Below are positions 62,846 through 64,000 of a DNA stretch of 64,000 nt, piece after piece. The translations under genes and the position numbers were made by a program. Under the pieces are notes generated by a model, which made no database searches, was not told the origin of the DNA, and saw nothing but the letters and a program-made list of their open reading frames with translations. This DNA comes from Octopus sinensis (lineage: Eukaryota): NCBI RefSeq assembly GCF_006345805.1, contig NC_043005.1:28024001-28088000 (forward strand). Direction: 5' to 3'. Positions within the stretch are counted from its first letter, which is position 1. Each line of letters opens with the position of its first letter.

Positions 62846-63897
62846 AAAGGAAATTTATATGAAATAGAGAAAAGGGAAACATAGAAATAGATGAGAGAGA
62901 GAAAGAAGGGGAAGAAGCAAATATAATTCAAGAGAAAGTGAGGGAGGAAAGAAAGAGAAAAAATGCAAATACTTAAACTTAAGCCAAATCTGGATTATCT
63001 ATAGTTGTGCTTGTTGATATTATTGCTTTATATCCGATTCTGAAAGTTAGTGAAATATTTCAGTGAGAGATTGCCAGAAAATCCTCTCAGGAAACTACTG
63101 AAATCTAGCGTAAGATAATATCTGATTATATTGAAGTAGGAAAGATTTCCGGTAGATTTAAAATGTCCGCTGATGTATTCAGTTGTAAACAATATTTTAT
63201 TTTATTTTTAATTTTGCAGAATATAGGGCGGAGTTTTGGAATAACTATCTCTACTTCATGAGGAAGATTAGAGCAAGGAGCTTGAAATCTCTTTTTGTTT
63301 TATCTTTACCTTTTTATAATTTTTTAGTATTCCTGTATATTGAACGAAAATTACGGTCCTCAGAGTTTTTTTCCACCCCCAAAAAATTTCAACTTTTTAT
63401 ATTTTGCTCTCCCAGTTCCGTGTCCTTTTTCACCATGAGGTATTGATAGCTATTTCAAAACTTCATTTTAAGTGTGTATTAAGATTTTATTAAGAAATTA
63501 TACGGTTAATTTCTTCAATTAAAATCGATTTCATCTTGAAAACTTACTGTGCACACATTTTTTACCTTCGTATGCTAGTTGTAAAAATGTGTGCGCCCAC
63601 ATCAACGCACAGCTTAAAGAGAACATGTGACAGGTATTAATTATGTATAGAGTTCTTACAAAGTATTTGTTGTATAAATCATATTTTATTGTGGTGATTG
63701 TATAGGATAGGTATTGCGTACAGAGAGCTTAATGAATTCTTGCGTAAGATGGGAGCTTGCCAAACGACTATCATTTGATTTTACGTAACGTGATCCCAGG
63801 TGTGGTTTCTGTGTTTTTGTTCATGTTTTGTCTTTTTTTTTTCGTCATTATTAGTACTCCAATTATAATTTGTACTATTTCCACATTTGTCCCATAT

Positions 63898-64000
63898 CCT
63901 ACTCGCAATACCAGAGGGCGCACACTCTCCTACCCTGATGTAATCTCCAGGGATACAGGCATCCAGCAACAGGACCTCCGTAATGCTATGATGGACCGTG
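63898..64000 (+). mobile_element. RTE-clade LINE 3' coding remnant (runs off the window)
   Basis: PTRNTRGRTLSYPDVISRDTGIQQQDLRNAMMDR resembles the RTE C-terminus (RGR...Y.D.I..D....L..AM.DR..W). Confidence 0.75.

Overview
Repeat-saturated, AT-rich eukaryotic non-coding DNA. The SINE families and microsatellite load point to an octopus/cephalopod genome (inference from recalled repeat consensus, not a search). No protein-coding host gene can be supported: nearly all ORF-track entries translate microsatellites, and the only recognisable peptides are transposon remnants (hAT C-terminus, RTE LINE x2, R4/Dong-type LINE, Penelope-like ORF N-terminus). The main discovery is that at least five unrelated short interspersed elements carry minimal type-I hammerhead ribozyme motifs (stem I, CUGANGA, stem II, GAAA, palindromic stem III, NUH) of the kind known from Penelope-like retroelements. 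They often sit as head-to-head inverted pairs breaking at the ribozyme and ending in (TA)n/(AAT)n. One family (H1, 8 copies or fragments) is a tRNA-head + (AAT)n + hammerhead-tail chimera, i.e. a candidate Penelope-mobilised SINE, and one copy abuts a Penelope-like ORF fragment. Boundaries of degenerate repeats are approximate and all folds were done by eye.
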